From the NCBI RefSeq assembly GCF_001194135.2, contig NC_068981.1, positions 43,555,205-43,619,204 on the forward strand: DNA of 64,000 nucleotides, in the 5' to 3' direction. The translations under genes and the position numbers were made by a program. Every line of letters begins with the position of its first letter. Within the stretch, counting starts at the first letter, position 1. Positions 1 to 12,760 of the stretch are shown in pieces. The notes under the pieces are model-generated. The model was not told the origin of the DNA and searched no databases. It was given only the letters and a program-made list of their open reading frames with translations. The DNA comes from Octopus bimaculoides. Taxonomy: Eukaryota.

Positions 1-17
1 ATATATATGTTTATAGT

Positions 18-151
18 CTTTTTCAGTTCTATTTTTAAGAGATGAGGAATTATGTTCATTATTTACATTATTTACACATGATGGATATGTTGTGTTAACA
101 ACAAATAAGATGAGGACAAATATCCGTCAAGTGTAAATAATGTAAATAATG
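18..151. mobile_element. Tail fragment of hammerhead family A repeat, with inverted duplication
   Basis: 89-151 closely matches 54909-54961 (GTTGTGTTAACAACAAAxAAGATGAGGACAAATATCCGTC...GTAAATAATG). 57-88 is the reverse complement of 120-151 (30/32 identical). Confidence 0.8.
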
Positions 152-164
152 TTTGTTTTCTTTT

Positions 165-250
165 ATTTTTTTACTTGTTTCAGTCATCTGACTGTAGCCA
201 TGCTGGAGCACCACCTTTTGTTGAACAAATTGACCCCAGGGCTGATCACA
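165..250 (-). mobile_element. tRNA-derived SINE family A, 3' fragment
   Basis: TTTCAGTCAT..GACTGTAGCCATGCTGGAGCACC..GACCCCAGG matches 14400-14470 and the reverse complement of 54610-54670. Confidence 0.75.
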
Positions 251-289
251 AATCACAAATCCTTTCAGGTAGATAGCCCTGTTCAATCT

Positions 290-1301
290 GTAGAAAAGTG
301 TTCCATTGCCTAGGTGACCAAGTCAGATGCTCTGGGAGTGTAGCTGCTAGAGTAAGAATAACCTGGGCAAAATTCAGAGACTCCTACCTCTGCTGGTGAC
401 AAAGGGCCTCTCGCTCAGTGTGAAAGGTAGATTGTATGACGCATGTGTGCAAACAGCCATGCTACATGGCAGTGAAAAATGGGCCATAACTGCTTAGGAC
501 ACGCGTAAGCTTGCAAGTAATGAAGCTAGTATGCTCCACCAGATGTGTAATGTCAGTGTGCTTACATGACAGAGTGTAATTGCTCTGAGAGGAAATTTGG
601 ACATAAGAAGCATCAGATGTAGTGTGCAAGAGAGATGACTGTGCTGGTATGGTCATGAGTTGCGTATGGATGAGGACAGCTGTGTGAAAAAGTGACAGAC
701 TCTAGTAGTAAAGGGAAATTGTGGAAGAGGTAGACCCAGGAAGACTTGGGATGAGGTAGTGAAGCATGACCATAGAACGCTGGGCCTCACGGAGGCGATG
801 ACAAGTAACCAAGATCTTTGGAGATATACTGTGCTTAAGAAGACCCAGTAAGCCAAATGAGACTGTAACCATGGCCTATGCCAGTGCCGCCTGACTGGCT
901 CCTGTGCTGGTGACACGTAAAAAGCACCATTCAAGTGTGGTTGATGCCAGTGTCACCTGACTGGTCCTGTGTCTGTGCACATAAAAAGCACCATTCAAGT
1001 GTAGTCGTTGCCAGTGCCACCTGAGTGGCTCCTGTGTTGGTTGCATGTAAAAAGCACTGTTCAAGTATAGATGATGCCAGTACAGCCTGACTGGCTCTCA
1101 TGCCAGTGGCATGTAAAAAGCACCCCCTACACTCTCAGAGAGGTTGATGCTAGGAAGGGCATCCAGCTGTAGAAACTTTGCCAGATCAGATTAGAGCCTA
1201 GTGCAACCTTTTGGCCTGTCAGCCCTCAGTCAAACCGTCCAACCCATCCCAGCATGGAAAGCAGATGTTAAACGATGACAATAATGGTGATGATGATGAT
1301 G

Positions 1302-1302
<1 letters not shown>
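290..1302 (+). mobile_element. RTE-clade LINE, 5'-truncated (RT C-terminus remnant, repeat-containing 3' UTR, (GAT)n tail)
   Basis: Disrupted translation ...KGRLYDACVQTAMLHGSEKW...LCWYGHELRMDEDSCVKK...GRGRPRKTWDEVVKHD is typical of RTE RT C-termini. Homologous to 32022-33222. Confidence 0.9.
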
Positions 1303-1334
<32 letters not shown>

Positions 1335-3369
1335 TAACTGCTGTGCCTGGCATTGTTTTGGTTTATTAATATTTCAAAACATGAAATAAATATAGCTACA
1401 TGAATTCACTATATATTGGATATGCGACAAAAAAGCATTAAAAAAATGGAAGGAAAATTAAGCTCTCCAATTTTACACAAACAAAATTTCACTGGTTATC
1501 ACAGATTTGCCAGATCCATTTCATGAACAGAGGAACATAATTAAAAAAAAAATAAGGCAAATTGAAGCTTTAAAGGAAAATTTTGCAAGTAGATTAAAAA
1601 ACCTTAAGGATAGAAAACATACAAACTTCTCTCTATGTTGTACTTCATTGAAAAATTTCTTTTGTTTTTGGCTCTATGCTTTAAAATTGGCAATTATGAT
1701 TCCCAAAAGCACGATAAAAAAACAGTCACAAATTCAATTTTTTCATTTAGCTTTTTACTATTTAATCTTAACCCTAAATGTTGCATTAAAACCTCAAGTT
1801 TATTTACAGAATGGTAAGTTTGATTGTTTTGAACACAGAAGAAAATTTTCTGAAAAATAAAAATAAAATAAAATAGTTACAGGGCTGATTATTTCCTGAC
1901 TCTACCAACACACACACACACACGCAGACGTGCATGTGCATGCACATGCACACACATTATGAATTCATACGTACATACATGTGTATGTGTAAGTGCTGTT
2001 GGTTGATTCTAATTTACTTAGTGGAGAATTTGATGTGATATTCAACAGGATTCCTAATTTTAAAAGGTGAATGATCTTTTATTTTTCAAAAGCATCTGAG
2101 ACTTAGAGGAAGAAGTTATCCCAAAACCAGATACCTGATCTGAATACTTGCATCCAAGTGACCTTTGTTAAAAGCACCCAAGAACCAACTGCTTGGTTTA
2201 AGCTAATCAATTTGACTAAGTCTACCACTCAAGTACTTCGAATGGAAAGTACAGGAATAATAATATAAGGCATTCCTATTTGATGTCCTTATAATTCTAT
2301 CAGTCTGCTGCTCTGTGTTGATAGTTTATTTGTTTTCGATCTGAAAAGGATGAATGACATAAATTATGTAGGTAAGATTTGAACCCAGAACAAATAACAG
2401 GGTATTTTGTCTTCTGTTCTAACAACTAGAGTAGAAAAGTGGATTTGTATTTAGAAGATACAAGGATGAAATCGAATACGGAACTCAGTAATTAATTGTT
2501 TATGCCATCAAACTAATTTGTCCTAAAGATATATTTATGTTGGCTTAATTTAGTTAAAGTCTTTCATTATGTGTATGTGTTTCTGAGCAACATAATTGAC
2601 TATGGTTGTTGCTTAGTAGGCAGAATTCGGAAGTATAATCACTAGCTCTACTTTAAAAGCAATGGTATGTATTTCATTAGCTTCTGATGTTGAGTTCAAG
2701 TCCTCTGTACCCATAACTCTGTGACAGATATAAATATAAAGATTATATATATGAAACTGTACAGTGCTTAATAATGACACCAGTTATTGATGAATGAATC
2801 TGAGTTTCAATTTAACAGATTTCTCACATTTTCATCCTATCTTATATTTATGTCTTTTTTTTTAATGTAACGTATTTGCTTTTGAATACCAGATTAAACA
2901 ACATAAAATCCAATTCAAACTATAATTACATTTAAAACCGAACCTGTGAGCCATTAAACTTCTCTGTTAGCCACCTAGTTAATTTAACAACATATGATTG
3001 ACTCGCCAGTTTATAGCTTTGTTGACTGAGTCCAGTTTTTTTTTGTGAGAATTTTAAGATCAAACTACTGTAATCCCTTAACACAGTTTATAATTTCATA
3101 AACTCTGCTGTGTTTTCTCTAATTATATGTGGTTGCTATTTGCCAAAGCAACAATTCTGTACAAACTGAATTTTAACACAGAGCATATTCTGGAAACAAG
3201 GAAGTAAGAGTTATTTGAATATCACTGAACTGATGAAGATTTATTTGAGAAGTGAAGTTGCAGTAGTTTCATTGCTAATCACCTCTTTGTTGGTAGGATT
3301 TATTTTTATGACCAAAACTAAAATAAAGTGTCATAGAATAAACTAAATATGTTTATAAAGAATACAAAG

Positions 3370-3660
3370 TTTTGAATGGTACAACAATGCACTATAATAC
3401 AAAAAATGGACTATATACCTGTTGTAATTTAGTTATCTATAGTCCGATGATATTTCAGAATACAATTCCTTCTTCAGATATTCTTAGATGGAGTCTGTGC
3501 TATAAACTGTTTTCCAATGGCTTTTCTTTTTTCGGAAGCATCTCAGTAGTGGTCTCATGAAGCTCCTTCCGGAATTCCTCATGGGAAGTGCGTGAGGTCG
3601 GCTATGTTTCAATCTCGTATGTGTTGGTACATCTGTAGCGCTGCTTCTAAGTTATGTGTT
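3370..3660 (-). mobile_element. Degenerate Penelope-like 3' fragment containing hammerhead-like family D
   Basis: Frameshifted MYQHIRD...KRKAIGKQFIAQ weakly resembles PLE endonuclease C-termini. About 100 nt are homologous to 33660-33800. Confidence 0.5.
3444..3482 (-). ncRNA. Hammerhead-like motif, family D copy 1 (degenerate stem I)
   Basis: Minus strand reads AATAT CTGAAGA A GGAAT tgt ATTCT GAAA TA TC | ATCGG. Core and stem II are intact; the 3' strand of stem I has decayed. Confidence 0.5.
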
Positions 3661-4458
3661 ATATGTGCAGCTTCTCTTTTTTTCCCCTTCTTTTTTTACC
3701 TCTTTTTTTTTGTTATAAACAATACATGAGCATGTTATTAAGAATGAACCTACACACATCCAGATGTAGCTAAATAATATATTGATTACCAACCTCCAGC
3801 CTGTTGTTAATTTGGGGTCCTGGTCTGTGTATGAGTAAAGCTTCCTTAATTCTTAAATTACCCAAATTTCTTTCATTGGCCTCAATTGTGACTGTTATGC
3901 TTTTGTCATATATATATATATATATGATTATCACTGGGATTACTGAAAAAAAACTAAAAGAGTCATTAGTATTAGAATATTTAATGTAGTGAGCATTCTG
4001 CTTTTCAGAACATTGGCCTCAGCGAATGTCTATCGCTTTTTAAAGAGATAGTAGATAAGCATTTCATAAAATTATTACATGATGACTTAGATGTGTAATT
4101 TAGCAGAGGGATTTTATGATGTTCTTAGTGTTTCATTGTTGCTGACTGGTCTTTGTATACAGATATACTTACTTTCTGACTTAATTTATGCTACCTTCTG
4201 ACTTTACTTAATGCACTTAATGTCACCAACTTCAACATCATTATCATTGTTTTCAGTTGATGTTGATGTCAGCGTTATCATTATCATTGTCATCATTGTT
4301 GCCATCATGTTCCTCACCACCATGTTTACCTGAACTTTTACATGCTGGAATTAGTTGCATTGTTTTACAGCCAGGTGCTCTTCCCAACATCAATGCTTAT
4401 GACATGCAAGTATATTATGTACCTATTTTTATATACACACCTATATATATATTGACAT

Positions 4459-4562
4459 CTCTCTCTCTCTCCTTTTCCCTCTCTCTCTCTCTCTCTCACC
4501 ATCTCTCTCTCTCTCACCATCTCTCTCTCTCTCTCTCACCATCTCTCTCTCTCTCACCATCT
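4459..4562. repeat. (CT)n microsatellite interrupted by CACCAT units, running into a gap
   Basis: Directly visible in the sequence. Confidence 0.95.
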
Positions 4563-4902
4563 NNNNNNNNNNNNNNNNNNNNNNNNNNNNNNNNNNNNNN
4601 NNNNNNNNNNNNNNNNNNNNNNNNNNNNNNNNNNNNNNNNNNNNNNNNNNNNNNNNNNNNNNNNNNNNNNNNNNNNNNNNNNNNNNNNNNNNNNNNNNNN
4701 NNNNNNNNNNNNNNNNNNNNNNNNNNNNNNNNNNNNNNNNNNNNNNNNNNNNNNNNNNNNNNNNNNNNNNNNNNNNNNNNNNNNNNNNNNNNNNNNNNNN
4801 NNNNNNNNNNNNNNNNNNNNNNNNNNNNNNNNNNNNNNNNNNNNNNNNNNNNNNNNNNNNNNNNNNNNNNNNNNNNNNNNNNNNNNNNNNNNNNNNNNNN
4901 NN
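4563..4902. other. Assembly gap (N). Other gaps: 18507-18878, 25942-25951, 29296-30135, 38882-39164, 42419-42428, 44766-44775
   Basis: Runs of N, mostly flanked by microsatellites. Confidence 0.99.
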
Positions 4903-5099
4903 ATATATATATATATATATATATAAATTCTGTATGTGTATGCTGTATTAAACATCTTTTCTCACAATAACAGATCGACTGATTGACTGATACATTGATA
5001 AATACACTTTTGTCTGGAAATGTTGTAAAACTGGAACTTTATCTATCTAACTTTACCCACATTTTTATATAAAAGAAAAACATTAGAGATATTTTTATG

Positions 5100-5157
5100 T
5101 ATGTTTATACAGATGTGTGTGTGTGTGTGTGTAAATATGTATATGTGTGTGTGTATG

Positions 5158-5193
<36 letters not shown>

Positions 5194-5600
5194 CATACAA
5201 ACTCACCTAACATAAACATGTGCATGTATGCATGTGTGTGCACATGTGTGTATATATATATGCATACATATGTATAATATATGTGTATATATATATATAT
5301 ATATATGCATGCATATGTATAATATATGTGTATATATATATATATGCATACATATGTATAATATATGTGTATATGTATATATGCATATATGTGTCTATAA
5401 TATATATATATACATATGTATATATATATATATATACATATATGTGTGTGTGTATATATGAATACATATGTGTATATGTATATACGCATGTGTTGTATAT
5501 GGGTATATATGTATACACACACACACACAAGACAAATGCGCATATACACACACATACATTGATGTATACAGGCACACACACACACATGCATATGCACACA
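5100..5600. repeat. Compound (TA)n/(TG)n/(CA)n microsatellite field
   Basis: Directly visible; source of spurious YI/CV/HT-rich ORFs. Confidence 0.95.
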
Positions 5601-7020
5601 TAAAATACTTGCATTGAAATTATAAAGAAAGAAAGTAAAAAAGAAAGAGCAACTGCAGAGAAGAAAGAAAACAAATAAGAGCAAATGTTATCATAATATA
5701 GATTTCTAAATTCATTTCCATACTATTTCTCTCTCATCATAGCCAAAGTTTAATAATCAATTGAGAATAACCTTCAACCAACTATTATTGTGACTGGAGA
5801 ATTTGTACTGAAGAAAATAACAACTGTTCATTTATTTTCTCTGGAATCTGAATCAGTGCTAGTTTGAGAAATAATGAGACTAGGGGGGGAAAAAAGAAAA
5901 TATCTTTTAGTAAATTACATTATGAAACAGATAAAATATTAGGAACAATATGTTAAAGCAAATGTAAGATCATTTTAAAAAATATATATGAGTAAACAGA
6001 TATCATCTTTCACCATATCTTTTCTGTAATTTTATTTAGTTTTTTGTTGGTTTGAAAATATTTTTTTATTTTTCTCATCTTTTGTCTGAATCATTATTCT
6101 TATTTTATATTTAAAAAAAATTTTCTGATTCTTTTTTTTTTTTTCCAGCATTATGTGTGTCCCTATATGTGTGTCGGTATTTCTCTGTGCGTGTTTATAT
6201 ATGTATTTTGGAACACTTAATCCGTCTAGGTGCAAAGAGATAGTTATTATAGGGAATTTAATAGCATGAATTTGTCAATACTAACAACATAATTACAAAA
6301 CTAAATTTAGAATTCTTCCTTTAACAGGAGACTGGTTTCTTGATAAAAAAAACAAACAAACAGAGAGAAGTATTTTACTAATGGGATAAAAAAGAAATAG
6401 AAAAGTAATTCAGAATTTTAAAACAGAATCATCACAACACATATATTTTAGTTTATCTGTTAATGCTTCTAAAGGATATTTATATTAATAATGATAAATG
6501 ACATCTAGATAGATATAGCCTGCAGATAATAGAACTAATGTCAAGACAGAAACTAAACCTAGTGTAATTTCTTCTCTATGAGAATCTATTGTTTCAACAA
6601 GACAAAGTGTAAGTGTGTGTGTGAGTACATTAATACAGACAGAAATATACCCACATATCCACACACAAATTAAATATATATATATATGTATGTATGTACA
6701 TATACAGAGATATGTGTTTAAATATTCACACACACACACACACAGAGTTATATGTGTATGTATATGTCTAAATCATTATTGTTTTATCTGCACTTTTTCA
6801 TGCTTGCGTGGGTCAGACAGAATTGGACGAGATAGATTTTCTGTAACTATTTTCGCAGAAAATTGGAAATGAAGAACACTACTTATATGGCAGCGACACT
6901 GTTGCATGATGTCATTGCACATGAGAGAGATGGCAGAAATACTACTGGACTATGGAGTTTTTAAAAAGACAGTTGCTTCTCTGAACAAAAGTTCATTCAC
7001 TGAATGGGGACAGTGAATTT

Positions 7021-7370
7021 TTACCTCTGTCTTACTGAAGGTGGAGGATTTGTTTTCAGTTATGTTTGTTTGTTTTCTGTGGACAAGATATTTCAAGAAC
7101 TGCAGAAGGGATTCTGATGAAACTTTCAGAGATGTTTGGCCTCGTGACTGGCACAAACTGATTAGATTTTGGGATCGGATTCTGGATTATTTTTCCTGTT
7201 TTTTTTATTTAATTTTTTGAGAGTGTTTTGGGTTCATTTTTAGTATTCTTGTTTGTGAGAGCAGCTGAGTTTATTTCATAATTCTCATTTTAAAAACCAT
7301 CTCTGGCTGATAATTTAGAAGACGTTGGTACTGCCTTGGTGGAGGTTTGCACTCTCAGAGTGCTCTTGTT
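7021..7370 (+). mobile_element. Non-autonomous Helentron/HINE (DINE-1-like) element
   Basis: 5' imperfect palindrome ACCTCTGTCT..AGGTGGAGG, (GTTT)-type simple repeat, core GATATTTCAAGAAC..GATTCTGATGAAACTTTCAG, 3' CCTTGGTGGAGGT, and perfect terminal hairpin GCACTCT-C-AGAGTGC (7349-7363). Confidence 0.6.
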
Positions 7371-7380
7371 TTATATTTAT

Positions 7381-7600
7381 TTTGGTGTTCTTGAAAGAGA
7401 CATTCTGGCTCCATACCTATTTATGATATACCTGGATTGTGTTTGATATACATCCCTTGGTATCCTCAAAGATTATGGATTTACACTTGAGAGCTAGAAG
7501 TAGAAGACAACCTGCAGATGCTGACTATTAGATGATTTTGCTCTTCTTTATCTAATTTCCTTGCAGTCTGGCTGACTGGAAACTATTGGTTATAGCTCTA
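7381..7600 (+). pseudogene. Degenerate reverse transcriptase fragment, RTE/RTEX-like
   Basis: FGVLERDILAPYLFMIYLDCV...KDYGFTLE.RSRRQPA..D(Y)xDDFALL resembles the RT domain 4-5 region (GVLQGDTLAPYLF...YADD); stops and frameshifts present. Confidence 0.65.
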
Positions 7601-7904
7601 GTTAAGAATTCAAATGCCCAATTCTATCTCATTATTGTCATTAATATTCTCTCACACCGACAGCCTGGGTTTTACAGCTTTGCAATGCACCTGCCCTACC
7701 CAGCCCCACCACCTGTGCCAGAAGTCTCTATCCTCTGACCTCTATCATGTCTCTCCCATGAACACCTCCAAAGGCTTAATGTTCCCCCATCCCAACTTAG
7801 GGTTTATCTCCTATGTAATGTAGTGATTATGTAGCGCATATAATGATGGCGCAGTGTAGGCAGGTTGAAGGTTATTGTATGTTTATGAGTTCTGCCAAAT
7901 GCGA

Positions 7905-8790
7905 GCTTTCTTTTCAGGCACATGACGCTTCTGTCCCCCATCCCAGGGTTTCACGGACCCAAACCTCCTACACCCTCAAAGTTGGCATACTTAATTTTGG
8001 TACACTGAAAGGTAAATCTGGTGAGATTGTTGAGATGCTTGAATGGAGACATGTAGATTCATGCTGCATCCAAGAATTAAGGTGGAGAGGAAGTTCTGCT
8101 AGGTTCCTCACAAGCAAAGAAGATAGGTATAAGATTTTCTGGGCAGGGAACGACTATGGGGTTGAGAGCATGGGTATACTTCTTGTGGAGAAATGGGTTG
8201 ATAAGGTAATCGAGGTAGTAAGATAGAATACTTAATGTGATAGAATACTTAAGATTAGACTAGAGCTCCGACATGGGTTAGCTACCATTATCTCGGCTTA
8301 TGCCCCTCAGCCAGAGCTACCTGATGAACAGAAAGACCCATTTTATGACACCCTCTTGCAGACTACCTGATTGACAAATGACAGGGACCTTCTCTTTGTG
8401 GCTGGCGACTTCAATGGACATGTTGGACAACATACAGGGGGCTTCAATGGCACACATGGAGGCTATAGTTTTGGTTCCCGTAGTGAGGAGGGAACCAGGC
8501 TGCTGGAGTTCTGCAATGCTAACTTCAGGAAACCTACCAGTTACCTATTTATTTACCAATCTGGTGGACACACTAATCAAATTGACTACATCCTCACCAG
8601 GAAATGGGAAAGATGGCTACTTATAAATGCCAAAACCTTCCCAGGTGAAGAATTCACCCCACAACATAGATAAGTGGTTATGTGACTTCAGGATCAGGGC
8701 TAAATGGATGCCCAGAAGATGACCAGCATGGAGAAGCAGGGTCTGGAGGTTCCTATGGGACAGCTAGGTTTGTGGATGGTGCAAAGTCCC
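7905..8790 (+). mobile_element. RTE LINE apurinic-like endonuclease (APE) domain, disrupted
   Basis: ORFs 7843-8226 and 8371-8673 contain LKVGILNFGTL, CCIQELRW, IISAYAPQ, GDFNGHVG and QIDYIL, the canonical APE motifs. Confidence 0.92.
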
Positions 8791-9425
8791 CTCTTGACCC
8801 AAGGTAACGTGGTGATGGAACAATATAGTTGACAGGGTGCGCACGTGTGTGTGTGTGTATGTGCTTCTTGCAGTTTCTGTTCACCATTCAGAAGTCTTTG
8901 CCAAAGGTTTCACGTAGCTAATTCTGAAACCATATGGTTTGAAATGGGAGCAACCCTCTTGGACTACACAACCATACCTGCACCTATAAATATATCTGTG
9001 AAGTCACATGGCTAGGGTGTTGCGGTCACAGTCTCATGATCATGTTTTCAATTGCTGGACTGGGTATGCATCGTGTTCTTGACTAACACACTTCCTTAAT
9101 TTGAAAGTTTACTTCATACTTTCATAACCTATGAATCTATCAAATTAACTATTCTTTTACAATATTATTCTTGTTAAAGAATGTCAAAACCATAGTAAAA
9201 TCCATTTGGGCAGCTGATGATGTGAGTGCACATACGTTATGCTCGACTGTGAAGTTCTTACATTTTAGCCTCATTATTCTGATTTGTCTTTCATTCTTGT
9301 TGAATGGAAAGTGTTTGTGGATTTATAGTTTGTGGGGATCACTTATTTTGGTATTGCTTGGTTTTCTTCATAGGTAATTTAATTAGGCTTAGACAATGCT
9401 TGGATATCGGTGTCTAGTTTTGGGA

Positions 9426-9599
9426 GACTCTGCAGCACACACACACACACACACATACACACACACACACACACACATACATATACATACATATATATAC
9501 ACACATGCACACATATATATATGCTTACATATATATACACACACGTATATTTACATATACGTATATATATATATATACATACATATATATATATGTATG

Positions 9600-9648
<49 letters not shown>

Positions 9649-9855
9649 GCATACATACTTGCATGTATGCATGCATACATACTTACATTCATACATACAT
9701 ACATTCATACATACATGCATACATTCATAAATATATACATACATATATGTGGGTATGGGTGTGTGCATATGTATATATGATATACACGCACGCACACACT
9801 CACACACACACACACACGCACGCACACACTCACACACACACACACACACACATAT
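9426..9855. repeat. Compound (CA)n/(TA)n/(CATA)n microsatellite field
   Basis: Directly visible. Confidence 0.95.
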
Positions 9856-10197
9856 TGATTGATTAATTCTTAAATCTAAAAGTACGTGCACTCATATCAT
9901 CTCATATTGCAATTATACAAGCATGTCTGAACAACCCTTGTCTGACCTCTTGCACTTTCTTAGGGCTATAGTCATCAGATGCAGCTGCTTGAATGTGTCT
10001 GCCTGTACCTGTATATTCTTTTGCTTGGATATGGCTAAAAAAGTTATAATTGTTTTCTGTAGCCATGCTGGGGGAATAAGGGAAAATGTTCTTTTTTATC
10101 AATAACTAACATTAAAACTGTTACTCAGTAGCGGCAAGTCAAGTCTCATGCTCCATGTGATATTTCTTCTAGTATGAGAGCTTTAGTACCAGTTTAA

Positions 10198-10581
10198 GTG
10201 GAGGCACAATGGCCCAGTGGTTAGGGCAGCAGACTCGCGGTCATAGGATTGCGGTTTCGATTCCCAGACCGGGCATTGTGAGCGTTTATTGAGCGAAAAC
10301 ACCTAAAACTCCATTAGGCTCCAGCAGGGGATGGTAGTGAACCCTGCTGTACTCTCTCACCACAACTTTCTCTCACTCTTACTTCCTGTTTCTGTTGTGC
10401 TTGTAATTCAAAGGGTCAGCCTTGTCACACTGTGTCATGCTGAATATCCCCGAGAACTACGTTAAGGGTACACGTGTCTGTGGAGTGCTCAGCCACTTGC
10501 ACGTTAATTTCACGAGCAGGCTGTTCCGTTGACCGAATCAACTGGAACCCTCGACGTCGTAAGCGACGGAGTGCCAACAAC
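10198..10581 (+). mobile_element. tRNA-derived SINE family B, full length
   Basis: Box A TGGCCCAGTGG, box B-like GTTTCGATTCCC; near-identical second copy at 41250-41632. Confidence 0.9.
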
Positions 10582-11314
10582 AAAGTACCAGTTTGAAAAC
10601 AGAAGGATAAAAATAAAACGAAGGATAAAATGTAATAAACAGGACAAGAAGAGACACATCGGACAGAGGGTTACTAATAAGGTCATAGAATATGTGACGA
10701 AAGGACTTTGACAGACATAAATTAAAAATAATAAAAATAAAAACTAAAGTGAAGATCGAATAAATAGTGTGTATGTTTAATTGGCAACAAAAAACAACAA
10801 CAACAGAAAGTTACCATCCCCAAATATAACGCTATAAAAACACAAAACAAAACAGTAAAAAGGATGACAGGAGAGGGAAAAATGGAGAAAAGGTGGAATG
10901 AAAGTGGATAGAGAATATACAGTTACAACAGGATCATATTTGTTATATTTATGTAGCCTTGTATTAAAGTATGTGCAAGGAAGCATATCCTTTTCATTTT
11001 GCATTCAAATCTAGTGAGGTTATTTTTTGGTTTTTGCATCAATCATTTTCCCATTACACAGATCATAGATTGCCCTGTGTTGATGGAGTAAGGCTTGAAC
11101 ATTTTAATTTAGCCATAGCTGATGTTGTAACTAGCAGCTATCTCCTTTAGCAACCATATATATTTGGCTAGCATGATGATATTCCGATTTTCATAGTTTA
11201 TGGAGGGAAAAGTGCAGTTATACAGTCATCTTTTCAGTCTTCCTTCCGTCAATCCAACCTAACTGTAACACCCTCCATAATTTCAGGAGAATAATAACAT
11301 TGTGATATACCCTT

Positions 11315-11432
11315 TACTCTTTTATTCTTTAACTTGTTTCAATCATTTGACTATTGCCATGCTTGAGCACCACCTCTAGTCGAGCAAATCAACCCCAATA
11401 CTTATTCTTTGTAGGCCTAATGCTTATTCTAT
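11315..11432 (-). mobile_element. SINE family A 3' fragment
   Basis: Matches 14385-14500. Confidence 0.8.
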
Positions 11433-12135
11433 TGGTTTCTTTTGTTGAATAAAATGAAGTACTTTGTTTTGACGTTGGGTGAAGGTTGCGGTGTTATTGA
11501 ATTGGTAAAGTGGGAAGGTTGTAAACTTTGGATTTATATTTGCTGTACATCTGTCTATGTGGTCACTGACAGGTATTTTCCTGTATTCAGGAATCCTAAT
11601 TTGGGATTTATGTACTGCCATCCTTTTTCGTATGCTGTTTTAATATGGCCTATACATTGCCTATTGCATCCTGCGCATGTTATTACATAAATTAAGTTTT
11701 ACAATGCACAGGTGAAGTTTGTTCTGATGGTGAAATGATGGCCTTGTTTTAATGTGTATTCTGAACCTTCTACTAAGATGATACAAATCCTGCAGTTGGG
11801 CCTTCCACACTTTTTAACTATTGGTTTTGTGGCTGTTATTGGGTGCAGTTTAGCCTGGGTTAAAATTTTCTTTAAGGATTTTGGTTGCCGTTTACTTTTT
11901 ATGATGGTGTACGTTTGGAGGATTCGGTTCATCTTTAGGTCTCCCTTAAGTAGGGCTGTGCTTTGGAGTATGGTGTTGAAGGCCTCGTCATTAAGTGGGT
12001 TGTGTGTAGAGATGTAGGGTAGGATTTTTAATTTTTCATCCGCTTTTGATTTTGGTGGTTCAGGTCTTCTATATTTAATTTAAGTGCTCATTGGATTGTA
12101 TTATCTATTAGGGGTTGTGGATAATTCGCTTCCAC
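11424..12135 (-). mobile_element. Penelope-like element remnant: RT thumb, Cys-rich linker and GIY-YIG endonuclease
   Basis: LPYISTHNP...KSKRQPKSLKKILTQAKL...KCGRPNCRIC...TCAL*NLIYVITCAGCNRQYIGH...RMAVHKSQI...VSDHIDRC (ORFs 11699-11932 and 11424-11621). Confidence 0.88.
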
Positions 12136-12316
12136 ATGGACTCTGTTGACACCAGTAAGAAACAACTATGAACTTTTCTTTTAATTACATTTTTTAAAAT
12201 ATGTATTTTTGATAAGGTTCGTTTTTTCAAGAACTGAACATGTAAAATATCTATGAGAAAATAAAAATTTATTTTATATAGTGGTGTTTTCAAACTTCTT
12301 TTTTATAAATAAATAA

Positions 12317-12379
<63 letters not shown>

Positions 12380-12384
12380 TATAC

Positions 12385-12550
12385 ATACACGATGGTCTTC
12401 TTCCAGTTTCCATCTACCAAATACACTCACAAAGCTTTAGTTGACCTGAGGCTATAGTAGAAGACACTTGCCCAAGACGTCATGCAGTGGGACTGAACCC
12501 GGAACCATGTGGTTGGTAAGCAAGCTACTTACCACATAGCCACTCCTGCA
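12385..12550 (-). mobile_element. SINE family A 5' half (tRNA-like head)
   Basis: Reverse complement matches 54293-54450. Confidence 0.88.
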
Positions 12551-12569
12551 TCTATATGTTCATATAATC

Positions 12570-12760
12570 TAGTATATATAGATCATAGTATGTGTGTGTA
12601 TAATGACAAATGCATACATTTCCACAATTCTCAACCGATTTTCTCCTAACTTTACACATACATTACTTATGTCCCAAGGACGGTCACGCTCTGTAACATT
12701 TTGCCCAGAGCTCCTACGTAAATGGAAGTAAATGAACATAGTTGTTTTGTATGTAGTGTC
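12570..12760. mobile_element. Probable HINE/DINE-1-like core fragment
   Basis: CATTTCCACAATTCTCAACCGATTTTCTCCTAACTTTACAC resembles HINE core sequence; no termini recognised. Confidence 0.35.

Noticed and set aside
880-1125. Regularly spaced ~65-bp repeats resembling a CRISPR array
   Set aside because: The whole unit repeats with no unique spacers, it lies inside a LINE 3' UTR, the context is eukaryotic, and there are no cas genes.
1507-1860. 117-aa ORF with a nearby AATG|GTAAGT donor-like site
   Set aside because: The Lys/Phe-rich composition reflects A/T runs; no recognisable domain.
5043-5684. Long ORFs rich in YI/CV/HT, and ORFs with X runs (many in the ORF track)
   Set aside because: They are translations of dinucleotide microsatellites or N-gaps.
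9210-9260. CTGATGA motifs at 9215 (+), ~9980 (-), ~37665 (-) and ~34140 (-) as additional hammerheads
   Set aside because: They lack a properly placed GAAA and/or complementary stems I and II.
10198-10275. tRNA genes at SINE heads (also 41250, 54293, 54695)
   Set aside because: A/B boxes are present, but acceptor and anticodon stems do not close and each runs into a SINE body.
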